DNA of 64,000 nt, taken from IMG/VR virus record IMGVR_UViG_3300022752_000013; one strand, written 5' to 3'. The stretch comes from a virus (Duplodnaviria; Caudoviricetes). Positions 19,836 through 30,445 of the stretch are shown one piece after another. Below the pieces are notes generated by a model, which did not search any database, had not been told where the DNA came from, and saw nothing but the letters and a program-made list of their open reading frames with translations. Positions within the stretch are counted from its first letter, which is position 1. Each line of letters opens with the position of its first letter. A program made the translations under genes and the position numbers.

Positions 19836-20563
19836 CATTTAAAAAAATTGTTGGGTTTGGTGACTCCTGGATGTACGGAGACGAGTTGCTGGATCCTGCA
19901 CTAGTTCAACAGCATGCTGACGCACACAGTTGCTGGCACCAAAACGATCAATATCGAAACAGTCACAACTTTTTAGGGTTGTTAGGCAAACACTACAACG
20001 TTCCTATAGAAAATTTTGGAATTGCCGGCGGGTCAATGCAGAGTTCAATCTGGACATTCCTTTGGTGGCTGGAACACGAACCCTGTCCTGAAGATTGCAT
20101 GGTCTTGATTGGGCATACTGATTCAGACCGACTGAGTTTTTACAATCCTGACCATCGCAGTTACGCCAACGATCCTCCTTGGAACAAGTTCATACACTCA
20201 ACCTGGGTGCAATATGGGTCTAGTGTTGTGCCAGAGGAATTCAGAACCATGGTCAAACAGCAACTGGTATTGACCAACTGTTCAGAACTGGCCAGACTCA
20301 ATCACATGCAAACTCTACTGTTCTTTGACGGAGTGGCTGCTAGAAAACACATACCAATGATGCAGTTTCACATTATGCCGGCTGATAATCAATTGGATCT
20401 TCCAACAGAGATTTGGCCGGAATTTTCAACCACCATGTGGTTTCGAGATCATCCTAACAACCAAAAACGAGAATTAATTTTCCCAGGCGGCCATCCCAAC
20501 GAAATTGGGCATGAAATGATTGCTGACAAGTTGATTTCTACCATAGATTCTGCTACAATGTAG
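19832..20563 (+). CDS. SGNH/GDSL-like hypothetical protein
   Basis: GFGDSW, NFGIAGGS, GGHPNEIGH. Confidence 0.6.
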   Translation: MTFKKIVGFGDSWMYGDELLDPALVQQHADAHSCWHQNDQYRNSHNFLGLLGKHYNVPIENFGIAGGSMQSSIWTFLWWLEHEPCPEDCMVLIGHTDSDRLSFYNPDHRSYANDPPWNKFIHSTWVQYGSSVVPEEFRTMVKQQLVLTNCSELARLNHMQTLLFFDGVAARKHIPMMQFHIMPADNQLDLPTEIWPEFSTTMWFRDHPNNQKRELIFPGGHPNEIGHEMIADKLISTIDSATM

Positions 20564-20565
20564 CA

Positions 20566-21561
20566 ATGCTTGATATACTGCAATATTTGCCTGCAAAACG
20601 AAAACCCAGTCCACAAGGCTGGCTGAGTTTCAATGCAGTATGTTGCACCCATAATGGCAACAGCACAGACCGACGTGGACGTGGCGGTATCAAGGCAACT
20701 GAATCGGGTTGGAGTTATCACTGCTTTAATTGCTCATACACAGCCAGTTTTATTCTGGGCCGTACTGTGAGTTTCAAAGCCAAGAGATTGTTAGGGTGGA
20801 TGGGTGTGCCCGACAACGAGATTGAAATGCTCAATCTTGAAAGTCTGCGACATCGTAGCATTCACGGCATACTAGAAGATCGACAAAAGACATTCAATAC
20901 ACTCAGTGCTATTGAATTTGAAGATTCAGATGACTTTCCTCCGTTCAGTGAAGTGGTCACACCTGAGCATGTGTTATACTGGGATTACATACGCCGCCGC
21001 GGTGTTCCTGAAGACTTCCCCATAATGACATCGATCAAAACTGATGGGGTTCATTGGACAAGGCCATTTGTGTTGGTTCCGTTTACATATGATAACAAAG
21101 TGATAGGCTGGACTGCTAGATTCTTGGATGACAAACAGCCCCGGTACATCAATCACTCACAACCGGGCTATGTGTTTGGTACAGATCTACAACATGCAGA
21201 TTGGCAACATGTACTGGTGACCGAAGGCATCTTTGATGCACTCTCAATTGGCGGACTTGCGGTCATGCACAATACTATTAGTGATAGCCAAGCAAGATTA
21301 ATTCGCAGTCTTGGTCGTGAAGTAACTGTGGTACCAGATCAAGATGTCGCAGGTGTAGAACTGATCGATCGTGCTGTGGAACTGGGCTGGGCAGTGAGTA
21401 TACCTGAGTGGCCAGAAGGGTGCAAAGACGTTAACGACGCTGTGATAAAGTTGGGCCGACTAGGAGCCTTGCTAACTATTATGGCCGCAAGAGAAACTAG
21501 CCGAATCAAAATAGAGATAAAGAAGAAACACCTTGTTAAAAAACTACAGAGTCGACATTGA
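20566..21561 (+). CDS. DNA primase (Zn-finger plus TOPRIM)
   Basis: CC..H, HCFNC, VTEGIFDAL, VPDQD, CKDVND. Confidence 0.9.
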   Translation: MLDILQYLPAKRKPSPQGWLSFNAVCCTHNGNSTDRRGRGGIKATESGWSYHCFNCSYTASFILGRTVSFKAKRLLGWMGVPDNEIEMLNLESLRHRSIHGILEDRQKTFNTLSAIEFEDSDDFPPFSEVVTPEHVLYWDYIRRRGVPEDFPIMTSIKTDGVHWTRPFVLVPFTYDNKVIGWTARFLDDKQPRYINHSQPGYVFGTDLQHADWQHVLVTEGIFDALSIGGLAVMHNTISDSQARLIRSLGREVTVVPDQDVAGVELIDRAVELGWAVSIPEWPEGCKDVNDAVIKLGRLGALLTIMAARETSRIKIEIKKKHLVKKLQSRH

Positions 21562-22036
21562 TCGTTGGCGCGATCAACAACTCAGCGGATTTAAGTCAGC
21601 AAGCAAAGATGCTATTCTTGAACAAGAAAAAGTTATGTTAGATTTTGTTACGCAATTTTCAAATACTAAATGGTTATGGCAAGGCAATCAAACAAACTTC
21701 CGCAAAATTTGCGACCAACATATTACTATAGACAATATTGATTATCAAGGAGTAATTTTGTTTGGCAGCAGAACGTCTGGATTATCAACTAATCAGTTGG
21801 TAGAAAGAATACAGGAGTTAACTCACAATGTGGACTTTGCCTATGTTGGAATTAATCGATACTCCATAACCAAGCATGATATTGATATAGCACTGCCAGA
21901 CAGCATTGCTGATTCCCTGGATGTAATAATGAACTACTGCAACCCTAAATTTACACGATTGCATTCTTTTGAACATGTTGACGGAAACCACATGGTTGCC
22001 GCACATCCTAGAGATTGTTACGGATTATGCAGATAA
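21533..22036 (+). CDS. Hypothetical protein
   Basis: TTG-start 167-aa ORF overlapping primase end. Confidence 0.55.
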   Translation: MLKNYRVDIDRWRDQQLSGFKSASKDAILEQEKVMLDFVTQFSNTKWLWQGNQTNFRKICDQHITIDNIDYQGVILFGSRTSGLSTNQLVERIQELTHNVDFAYVGINRYSITKHDIDIALPDSIADSLDVIMNYCNPKFTRLHSFEHVDGNHMVAAHPRDCYGLCR

Positions 22037-22590
22037 TAGATTCGTATTCTCGGGCTGGGAGAATAACAACAGGCCAACGTCTGCGATTGTTTCATGTTGG
22101 TAGACCAAAAGTTCATGCCTGGCGCCAAACACGCCATGGCCATGAATATCCATTGGATCCGGTTGATCATTGGATCCTTGATAACATTGATTCCGTTGAT
22201 ATCACTGCTGTAGATTTTGCAGGTTGGTATTTAGAACAGTTTGGATTAAAGACAGTGTGCTTAGAATCAGACTGTATCGCCAAATTGTATTGGCCTCAAT
22301 GCCATGTAGAACCTGATGTAATGACCTGGCGCCCAACATACGTGTCTAAAGTCAATCCTGTAATATTTAAGAATCCGTGGTTTCTTCGTTACGCTACCGT
22401 GGATCAGTTTGTTGCATTTTTAGAAACATGGGTACAGTCAACAACAATAATAAGTTTTGAACCCAAGATGATACAACACAATTATCTCAAGTTCAAACTA
22501 CTTGATCTAGTGCGTCCACTGACAACATTTGAGATTGAAGAAATCGATAATAACTTTTGGAAAATATTGCCATGTACAAACACCAAGTAA
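22015..22590 (+). CDS. Hypothetical protein
   Basis: 191-aa ORF. Confidence 0.55.
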   Translation: MLRIMQIIDSYSRAGRITTGQRLRLFHVGRPKVHAWRQTRHGHEYPLDPVDHWILDNIDSVDITAVDFAGWYLEQFGLKTVCLESDCIAKLYWPQCHVEPDVMTWRPTYVSKVNPVIFKNPWFLRYATVDQFVAFLETWVQSTTIISFEPKMIQHNYLKFKLLDLVRPLTTFEIEEIDNNFWKILPCTNTK

Positions 22591-23405
22591 TTTTATTTCA
22601 TGCTGGGGCAAGTGGTAACTTTTTGGCAAACTTTTTGATTGTAAATAAGAACTTGCTTGAACCACAATTTCGTATAGATTGGCAACAACATAATACTAAC
22701 ATCTATTTTGCTGGCAACAGTTCCAGTGTTGATCGTCGAATTGTGTTTTTTGATGATGTTGTTGTATTGGATAAAATTTGCAACATATTAGAACAAGGTA
22801 CTCACCAAATAGTCCTGAGTCATTATCTGTCAGTGAGCCGACTACGCAATGTAAAAGAGGAAGTATGGGTGCGAAAGATATATCCTAAGACTAATATTTT
22901 TGGATTGATTAAGAATATACATTTTAAAAAACAAAGTTTAGAGTTTACAGATTATTCAGGTGCTGATTTTAGAACACAGATAGATCAAGCATTTATGATT
23001 ATTGCCGATCACTATCAGATAATAAAACAAGATCAAGATTGCCCAGATGATCTTACTATTGATTTTGGTTTGTTGTATAATGTACAATACCTTGTTGACC
23101 TGTTTGAATCAGTGCATGGGTTCGCTCCAGACAAGTTAAAAATAGATTGGGCACAAACTTATATCGACCAACAATTTGCTACCTGCAATGATTGTGACTA
23201 CAAAGATATGCAACAAATAATTGATCATGTGCAACCTAAAGATTTTTTTGATGTTGCTCTGGTATTGTTTATATACGAAAAAAATCACAACACCGTTGAT
23301 CGAAACAGACTATGGACAATAGATCATCTGCCCGACAATATAAATGATTCGTTGAAGTTTTTTATAACTAACTCTACAAAATACACAATTTTCAATAAGG
23401 ATTAA
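22572..23405 (+). CDS. Hypothetical protein
   Basis: HAGASGNFLANFL N-terminal motif. Confidence 0.6.
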   Translation: MYKHQVILFHAGASGNFLANFLIVNKNLLEPQFRIDWQQHNTNIYFAGNSSSVDRRIVFFDDVVVLDKICNILEQGTHQIVLSHYLSVSRLRNVKEEVWVRKIYPKTNIFGLIKNIHFKKQSLEFTDYSGADFRTQIDQAFMIIADHYQIIKQDQDCPDDLTIDFGLLYNVQYLVDLFESVHGFAPDKLKIDWAQTYIDQQFATCNDCDYKDMQQIIDHVQPKDFFDVALVLFIYEKNHNTVDRNRLWTIDHLPDNINDSLKFFITNSTKYTIFNKD

Positions 23406-23408
23406 ACT

Positions 23409-24854
23409 TTGTTAAAAGAATACGGACTTGATGTCCAACGACTATTTCTAGAAATGATGCTGGAAGACGCCACAAGTTATGTGCGTGTTCAAAACATTTA
23501 CAATCCGCAGAACTTTGACCGAAGTTTGAGACCAGCGGCTGAGTTCATCAAAGAACACACAGACAAACACAAGACCATGCCCGACAGGTCACAGATCTCT
23601 GCGACCACAGGCATTAAACTTGCGACAGTGCCGGACTTGAACGAAGGCCACTTTGACTGGTTCATGGGTGAGTTTGAAGCATTTACCCGACGTCAAGAAC
23701 TTGAACGTGCTATTTTGAAGTCAGCAGACTTGCTGGAGAAAGGCGAATTTGAACCCGTTGAAAAACTCATCAAAGATGCAGTACAGATATCACTTACTAA
23801 AGACATGGGCACGGATTACTTTGCTGATCCTAAGGCTCGCATTGAGAAATACTTTAACTCGGGCGGACAAGTAAGCACAGGATGGCCACAACTGGACAGA
23901 TTGTTGTACGGTGGGTTCAGTCGAGGCGAACTAAATATCTTTGCAGGCGGATCTGGTTCGGGTAAGTCACTTGTGATGATGAACATTGCCCTGAACTGGT
24001 TGCAACAAGGACTTAGTGGAGTTTACATTACACTTGAATTGAGTGAAGAACTCACAAGTTTACGAACTGATGCTATGTTGACCAACATGAGCACCAAGGA
24101 CATTAGACGTGACATGGACACAACTGAACTCAAGGTAAAACTTGTGGCCAAAAAGTCCGGCAACTATCAAGTGAAAGGCTTGCCGGCACAGAGCAACATC
24201 AATGATATTCGTGCTTATTTGAAAGAGTATCAGATTCAAACAGGCAAGAAGGTAGACTTTGTGATGATTGACTACTTGGACCTGCTGATGCCTGTGAGTG
24301 CCAAAGTCTCACCCAACGACTTGTTTGTGAAAGACAAGTATGTGAGTGAAGAACTCCGCAACTTGGCCAAAGAGTTGGCAGTACTAATGGTTACTGCATC
24401 GCAGTTGAATCGTTCAGCAGTTGAAGAAGTAGAGTTTGATCACTCGCACATTTCAGGTGGCATTTCCAAGATCAACACAGCAGATAATGTATTTGGCATC
24501 TTTACTAGCAGAGCAATGAAAGAGCGTGGCAAGTATCAAATTCAATGTATGAAGTCACGGAGTTCAACTGGTGTTGGTCAAAAGATTGATTTGGAGTACA
24601 ACATTGAAACCATGCGTATAACAGACGAAGGCGGCGACGAAAAAGACAACTTCCGTGGCGGTGCCAAACCCAGCATCATGGATTCAATCAAGGCCAAGAG
24701 TCAAGTTAAAATCACTGAAGAAGGCGAGTCTAGTACACCACCTTGGGAACGAGCCAAGCCCAAGGAAGACTTTGATCTAGAAGCACCTAAGGTCACTGCA
24801 GATGTACAAAGTGCTAAATTAAAACAACTGCTGGGGCAGATTAAACAATCGTAA
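23409..24854 (+). CDS. Replicative DnaB-like helicase (T4 gp41-like)
   Basis: GGSGSGKS, ITLELSE, IDYLDL, TASQLNR, KSRS. Confidence 0.92.
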   Translation: MLKEYGLDVQRLFLEMMLEDATSYVRVQNIYNPQNFDRSLRPAAEFIKEHTDKHKTMPDRSQISATTGIKLATVPDLNEGHFDWFMGEFEAFTRRQELERAILKSADLLEKGEFEPVEKLIKDAVQISLTKDMGTDYFADPKARIEKYFNSGGQVSTGWPQLDRLLYGGFSRGELNIFAGGSGSGKSLVMMNIALNWLQQGLSGVYITLELSEELTSLRTDAMLTNMSTKDIRRDMDTTELKVKLVAKKSGNYQVKGLPAQSNINDIRAYLKEYQIQTGKKVDFVMIDYLDLLMPVSAKVSPNDLFVKDKYVSEELRNLAKELAVLMVTASQLNRSAVEEVEFDHSHISGGISKINTADNVFGIFTSRAMKERGKYQIQCMKSRSSTGVGQKIDLEYNIETMRITDEGGDEKDNFRGGAKPSIMDSIKAKSQVKITEEGESSTPPWERAKPKEDFDLEAPKVTADVQSAKLKQLLGQIKQS

Positions 24855-24928
24855 TATACATTGTTAATTGTATCAATGGTTTATCTAACGCCAATAACCG
24901 ATAAATAAATCAAAGGTCACTGCCTCAA

Positions 24929-25177
24929 ATGCAAAAACGCACCAGAAGTTTGTTAGAAGAATTAGACTCAATGTATGTTGAGCGTGAGCGCCATCTAGTG
25001 ATAGAAAGCCGTGCCAGCAACGTAATAGCCAGTGCTATTAATCTGCTGGAGCAAATTGACGCCGCTTTTCCGCCAGAGCAAGCAGAAAATCTAACCCGTA
25101 AACTGCTCAACGCTATTCGCACTAGAGATGCTGGCCGTTTCGAAAGAACAGTGAGACGTACCCATGCAGATTCATGA
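24929..25177 (+). CDS. Conserved hypothetical protein
   Basis: 82 aa, TAAATA upstream. Confidence 0.7.
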   Translation: MQKRTRSLLEELDSMYVERERHLVIESRASNVIASAINLLEQIDAAFPPEQAENLTRKLLNAIRTRDAGRFERTVRRTHADS

Positions 25178-25943
25178 ATTGACTCGAAAACAACTGAATG
25201 AAGTTGATCTGGCTGGACCGAGCGGGCTTTGGTCTGGAATCAAGTCTGCGGCCAAAGCCATGGTACAGCCTGGCGGCGCGAAAGATGCCCTTAGAACAGT
25301 GGCTCCTGGTGCCAATCAAGGACTCGGAGGAACAGCGGCATTGGCAACTAGTGATTTTGCCAAACGTATGCAAGCCCAAAGTACAAACAAAGCATTTGAT
25401 CAAGTGGCAAAAAATTTGCAAGGCAACTGGGAACAACGCAGAGCGGCACAAGTAGGTGTAGCCGCTAAATCTGGTCAACCAATGACACAACAGACTATTG
25501 ATGCATTAATTGATGATTGGTATGCAACCACAGTGATTCCTGTAAATCTAAGGTCCGAAAAAAACACATACATGAATCCATCAGGCGGCCCTGCGCCAGC
25601 AAAAATTGTTTCAACCTTGCAGAACATAAAAAATGCAGAAACGTTACCGGATGCACAAAGACAACAAACACAAGCCACTGAAATTAAAAATTTAGCCGTG
25701 GCAACATCTGCAATGTCACAACTTCTTGCGCAACAAAATCCTCAATTGGCTGCCGCTGCCGCTAAAAGCGCACCCAAAACTGGTAGTGCCCAAGTAGCAC
25801 AAGCAAATATATCAAAAGCGGCTGGAATAAGTTCAACACAATTGTCTGCAATAGAAAAAATTACAGGAGCATTGCCTCCGGTGACCAGTCGTGATCCTAA
25901 CACAATAGCATATCTCCGAGCATTAGGATTTGACGTACAATGA
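25164..25943 (+). CDS. Putative virion (head-internal) protein
   Basis: MQIHEL...QLNE N-terminus typical of protease-processed proteins; Ala/Gln-rich. Confidence 0.55.
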   Translation: MQIHELTRKQLNEVDLAGPSGLWSGIKSAAKAMVQPGGAKDALRTVAPGANQGLGGTAALATSDFAKRMQAQSTNKAFDQVAKNLQGNWEQRRAAQVGVAAKSGQPMTQQTIDALIDDWYATTVIPVNLRSEKNTYMNPSGGPAPAKIVSTLQNIKNAETLPDAQRQQTQATEIKNLAVATSAMSQLLAQQNPQLAAAAAKSAPKTGSAQVAQANISKAAGISSTQLSAIEKITGALPPVTSRDPNTIAYLRALGFDVQ

Positions 25944-27865
25944 ACTTATTCGAAGGTGGTAACGTATTTAAAGATGCTGACGGAAACCCACTCACACAAC
26001 GCATCAATCAAACAGATGTACCCAGCACTGTAACATGGCTGGAACAATTAACTGGTCTAGAATTTCCACGTGAGCGTTGGTTGGGTTCAACAGGCAAAGC
26101 ACCCACATCAGGTGACATGGATCTAGCAGTTGATGCCAACGAAATTTCCAAAGAACAATTGGCTGCCAAACTAGAAGCCTGGGCCCGTAGTCATGGCCAA
26201 GATCCTAGAACCTGGGTCAAGAAATCAGGCGAAGTTCACTTGCGTACTCCTATCACAGGCCGTCCCGAACTTGGATATGTACAAACAGACTTTATGTTCT
26301 TCCCTAATCTAGATTGGGGCACATTCTACTACAATCAAACATTTCCATCAGCCTACAAAGGCATGCACCGTGCGGTGCTAATGAGTTCAATTGCCAAGCA
26401 ACTGGGACTTAAAATAGGTGCCAATGGCATGTTCAGTCGTGCCACAAATGAACTTGTGAGTCAAGATCCAGACTATGTGGCCAAGGCCATCTTAGGATCA
26501 AAAGCCACTAGAGAAGACCTGGGTAATGTAGAAAGCATTTACGCATTCTTGGCCCGTGACAAAGATCGCGATGCCAAACTCAAAGACTTCCGTGAGTATC
26601 TAGCCAAAGAAGGACTCAAGGAGCCCACACAACTGGAAGAAAGCGGTGACGTTTATTTCCTGGCACGCCTGCGTGACCGTATTGTAAATCAAGGCATGTA
26701 TGCTTTGGTAGAGGCAGCCGCGCCTACCCCTGCTGCCGCACCTGTGGGTGGCAAAGCCAAGGGCATCGAGCATCTAGAAGATTACGTATTTAGAAATGGC
26801 ACAGCCGGTGTCAAAACAGCACTGGCCATTGTGGATGCCTTCAAAGAAAATTCCAAGACTGCAAGCGTCAAATGGGATGGCAAACCTGCTGTGGTATTTG
26901 GCCGCAAGCCCGACACCGGAGAGTTTGTGTTAACAGATGATGCAGGCTTTACTGCCACCGGCTACAATGGTTTGTTTACCAGTCCTAGAGCCATTGCTGG
27001 CAATATGGCACAGCGTGATGCCAATGCCGAAGCCAAAGGCAACAAAGCAGACCGTGTACAAACACTCTTACCAGTGTATGAAAAAATCTGGCCCTACTTG
27101 GAGGCAGCAACTCCCTCCAACTTCCGTGGTTATGTCAAGGGCGACTTGTTGTATACCACGACACCTCCTGTGGTAGCAGGCAATGTAGAATTCAAACCTA
27201 ACACAGTGGAATATCGTATTCCGTTAAAGAGTGCCCTGGGTACAAGAATTGCCGATAGTGAAGTTGGCGTGGCAGTACACACCATGTATGAGGACGCTGG
27301 CGCTGCCAAACAACCACTCAACAGAGTCAAGTTCAATCCTGTGCCAGGCCTGTTGTTAATCGAACCCATATATGCCAAGTCCGTGGAAATTGAAAATCCC
27401 TACGTAAAAAAGATCAAGAGTCTATTGCGAACAATGGGCCCTGCAATTGACACCTTGTTTAATCCTGCTGAATTACGTGCCGCTAAAATCACTGACTTGG
27501 CCAAATTGGCAGTAGATTATATCAACCGGCGCATCAATCCTGAATACCCTGCTTACACCGGAGACTTTAAAGATCTGGTACCGGGCTTTATGGACTACTT
27601 GAAATCCACGCAAACTCCGCAAAAGTTCCGCAACATCACAGAATACCTGCGTAGTCCTACTTCCAACGAAGGCGCCCTGGCCGCTGCCTTTGTGTTGTTT
27701 GAACTGCTACATGATTTGAAACTGGACCTGCTGGGCAAACTGGATGCACAAGTACCGGGCAACGAAGGCTGGGTGTTTGCCACCCCTGCAGGCTATGGTA
27801 AGGCTGTGAATCGCTTTGATTTCACCGCCAGAAACCGCCAAAGAAACAACCCCACAACCACCTAA
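25940..27865 (+). CDS. Pol-beta-type nucleotidyltransferase fused to ligase-like (KxDG) domain
   Basis: LGSTGK..SGDMDLAV; KWDGKPA; NEGWV. Confidence 0.65.
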   Translation: MNLFEGGNVFKDADGNPLTQRINQTDVPSTVTWLEQLTGLEFPRERWLGSTGKAPTSGDMDLAVDANEISKEQLAAKLEAWARSHGQDPRTWVKKSGEVHLRTPITGRPELGYVQTDFMFFPNLDWGTFYYNQTFPSAYKGMHRAVLMSSIAKQLGLKIGANGMFSRATNELVSQDPDYVAKAILGSKATREDLGNVESIYAFLARDKDRDAKLKDFREYLAKEGLKEPTQLEESGDVYFLARLRDRIVNQGMYALVEAAAPTPAAAPVGGKAKGIEHLEDYVFRNGTAGVKTALAIVDAFKENSKTASVKWDGKPAVVFGRKPDTGEFVLTDDAGFTATGYNGLFTSPRAIAGNMAQRDANAEAKGNKADRVQTLLPVYEKIWPYLEAATPSNFRGYVKGDLLYTTTPPVVAGNVEFKPNTVEYRIPLKSALGTRIADSEVGVAVHTMYEDAGAAKQPLNRVKFNPVPGLLLIEPIYAKSVEIENPYVKKIKSLLRTMGPAIDTLFNPAELRAAKITDLAKLAVDYINRRINPEYPAYTGDFKDLVPGFMDYLKSTQTPQKFRNITEYLRSPTSNEGALAAAFVLFELLHDLKLDLLGKLDAQVPGNEGWVFATPAGYGKAVNRFDFTARNRQRNNPTTT

Positions 27866-27925
27866 GATTTTGCCAATTTCATAAATAAGAGTAGGGCGAG
27901 AGCCTACTTATTAGGAGATTTTAAA

Positions 27926-28357
27926 ATGGCAGTATTTACAAAAACAAACGGTACCACCCAACCAGTATTCCACATGGACACTGGCAATGCGCAAATTGTT
28001 GGAACATCCAACATTGCGGCAACGGGTTCGGTCAACTTTCAAGGACCAAAACTAGACTTTTTCTCAGTGGTGGCTAACGCTTCATTGGTCACAAGTGCTA
28101 ACGTTAACGGTTACATCAACAACATTTTGCAAGCGATTCAAACCAAAGCAACAGTTGCCATGTATCAAGTTAGCCCAGCAGCCCCGACTATCTTGAACTT
28201 GGCTATCTACCCAACTGATGCTTACACAGCCGCAACGCTGTTGACCACGGCTAATACCAGTGCAACAGTTGCTTCCGGTGGTCAAAACATCCAGTTGAAC
28301 AGTGCCGCAGGTAACGCCGCATTCACCACAAGCGCAAGTAACTTCGCTCCAGTCTAA
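27926..28357 (+). CDS. Putative capsid decoration/structural protein
   Basis: Late promoter 27881, strong SD AGGAG, Ala/Thr-rich, followed by terminator. Confidence 0.55.
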   Translation: MAVFTKTNGTTQPVFHMDTGNAQIVGTSNIAATGSVNFQGPKLDFFSVVANASLVTSANVNGYINNILQAIQTKATVAMYQVSPAAPTILNLAIYPTDAYTAATLLTTANTSATVASGGQNIQLNSAAGNAAFTTSASNFAPV

Positions 28358-28377
28358 TTTTAGATTGCGTGTGATCG

Positions 28378-28407
28378 ACCCTGGACGTAAAAAATCCAGG
28401 GTTTTTT
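28378..28407 (+). terminator. Rho-independent terminator
   Basis: ACCCTGGA...TCCAGGGT plus T-run. Confidence 0.8.
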
Positions 28408-28426
28408 GTTGGCCGTAAATACAGCC

Positions 28427-28840
28427 ATGACTACCAGGATTCGTGTGACTACTCAATTTGACTGCACAGCCACAGGGGTCACGGGACACTTTAGAACCAA
28501 TGTGTTGCCATTTGATGATCGTGAAGGTCAATCTGTAACAGATCAAATGACTTGGACTAGATCAAGAAACCAACAACGCAATTGGGAAACCATACTACAG
28601 ATCATTGGCCTGTATACACAGGCACAAGATATTTCGCCTACAGAGCACATCAATGAAAAATGGCAATTTGAATTCTCCACTGATTTTGATGATGTGTTTA
28701 GTGCTCATGGCGATCCATTGGGCTTGCTAAAAACCGCCTGTCGCGGAGTACCAATGTTTTACGACCTAGACACTCAGCCCAAAACTGATCAATTGGATCC
28801 AGACCAGAACATTGAATTTGCCATAGTGGACCATAAATAA
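28427..28840 (+). CDS. Hypothetical protein
   Basis: ATG 5 nt after TAAATA. Confidence 0.7.
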   Translation: MTTRIRVTTQFDCTATGVTGHFRTNVLPFDDREGQSVTDQMTWTRSRNQQRNWETILQIIGLYTQAQDISPTEHINEKWQFEFSTDFDDVFSAHGDPLGLLKTACRGVPMFYDLDTQPKTDQLDPDQNIEFAIVDHK

Positions 28841-28843
28841 CGT

Positions 28844-29119
28844 ATGGGAGCACACATGGTTGATACAACTGATATTGAAAAGAAAAGTCTCGAAGCCCAC
28901 GTTGAATTGTGTGCAGAACGCTATCGTGCTCTGGAACTGCAAATAGACAGCGTCAAAGCAGAAATATCCTCTGTAAAAATAGTGGTACAAGAAATGCATG
29001 GCATGATGCACGACATAGTCAACAAACGCAACAATCAAATCATAGGTTGGGGCATAGGAATTATTGGATTTTTAACAGCAACCTTGGGCTATGTGATCTC
29101 AAATTTTGTGCTGAAATGA
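28844..29119 (+). CDS. Coiled-coil protein with C-terminal TM helix
   Basis: SLEAHVELCAERY coiled coil; IIGWGIGIIGFL TM. Confidence 0.7.
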   Translation: MGAHMVDTTDIEKKSLEAHVELCAERYRALELQIDSVKAEISSVKIVVQEMHGMMHDIVNKRNNQIIGWGIGIIGFLTATLGYVISNFVLK

Positions 29120-29607
29120 ACGCCAGCCAAAAACTTGCGGCATTGGCCGAGCGAGAGTTGCCTAAATTGCTAGATCATGTGATTGTGGCAGATGGTGAAA
29201 AATACCGTGTGTTTGGCTCATATGTCATGCGTCAAACCACCCAGGGATATTCACTAACTTATCAAGACACGCCGGTGGGAACATTTACCAGCACTAGAAG
29301 CGCAGTGGCCTGGTGTATAGCCGATAAAAACCGTCAATACCGCCTGGCTAATGAAATACAGCACCTGGATTTTACCCTGTTAAGATTGCGCAACGACATT
29401 GAAGTACGTAGCAGTCAAGCCCAAAAAAGTTATGGAATATTTTGGGAAACAGTCAGTGCCAAAGCCGCACACAGGCGAGAACAAAGTCAGCAGATAGAAA
29501 ATGAATTAACAAAATGTATAAATTCGGCTAAATACTGGCAACTTCGAGGAAGCAACAATGAAACTGCAAGAACTGGCCGTAACACGCCCTACAAAACAAA
29601 TCGCTAA
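29116..29607 (+). CDS. Hypothetical protein
   Basis: ATGA coupling at 29116. Confidence 0.65.
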   Translation: MNASQKLAALAERELPKLLDHVIVADGEKYRVFGSYVMRQTTQGYSLTYQDTPVGTFTSTRSAVAWCIADKNRQYRLANEIQHLDFTLLRLRNDIEVRSSQAQKSYGIFWETVSAKAAHRREQSQQIENELTKCINSAKYWQLRGSNNETARTGRNTPYKTNR

Positions 29608-30445
29608 AGTGTTCGAGAGTCACTTTGACCAACGTCTATCTTTTGACTCAATGAACCGTGGCCAAGTGCGCGGCATGCTACAACGTGTGCGTGGCCTGGT
29701 CAGCGAACATCGCGCCAGCCCAGCATTTCATTACAGCGAAAAGAATCCTGCCTATCTAAAACTCATGATGATGGAACAGGCTCTGACACAACAACTTCGC
29801 GAGTATGGTGCTTCCACATCAGGCTCTACTCCTGGTGCACCCGGTGCTACTGCCGCATTGTCGACTGTGCAACAGCAACAGAAAAAGAAACAGATGCAGG
29901 ATGAGATCAAGCAAAAGCAAAAAGAAATTGCCGACTTGCAAAAAGCCATGATGAATCCAACAATGGCAGCAGAAAACAACACAGGCAACTTCTTGCGTGA
30001 ATCAGAAATTCAACAAGCACAAGTGGTATTGGCCGCACAAGACATGGTTGACCGTGTGCAGAAAATGTTGGAAGACACAACAGAAATGCAATTTAAAGAA
30101 TTGCCCGCATTGGTTGATTCAATCAAGAATGAAGTTGGCATGGATCAAGCCGCACAATTCAATGCAGATGCAGCCGCCGCACTGTCAGGACTGGTACAAA
30201 ATTTACAGGCCAGCAAAGGCCAACTGGAAGCCGCACTGGGTGTGGTAACAGGCCAAGGTGCTGGTGCTGTGGTGCCTGGTGCTGAAATGGGCGCAGACAT
30301 GGGTGCCGAGTTAGGTGCAGACATGGGTGCTGAACTAGGCGCAGAGGCCGGGCTTGATGCCGCTGCCGCTGATGCAGGCGCTGAACTTGAACCAGAACCC
30401 GAAGCCACTACACCAGCCGCCAGTTTGGGCCGCGGACGTAGATAA
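29558..30445 (+). CDS. Putative prohead core/scaffold-like protein
   Basis: MKLQEL start, LRE sites, coiled coil, low-complexity acidic tail. Confidence 0.55.
   Translation: MKLQELAVTRPTKQIAKVFESHFDQRLSFDSMNRGQVRGMLQRVRGLVSEHRASPAFHYSEKNPAYLKLMMMEQALTQQLREYGASTSGSTPGAPGATAALSTVQQQQKKKQMQDEIKQKQKEIADLQKAMMNPTMAAENNTGNFLRESEIQQAQVVLAAQDMVDRVQKMLEDTTEMQFKELPALVDSIKNEVGMDQAAQFNADAAAALSGLVQNLQASKGQLEAALGVVTGQGAGAVVPGAEMGADMGAELGADMGAELGAEAGLDAAAADAGAELEPEPEATTPAASLGRGRR

Noticed and set aside
30280-30380. Tandem repeat or CRISPR-like array
   Set aside because: Short in-frame repeats encoding GADMGAEL in a low-complexity protein tail; no spacers.
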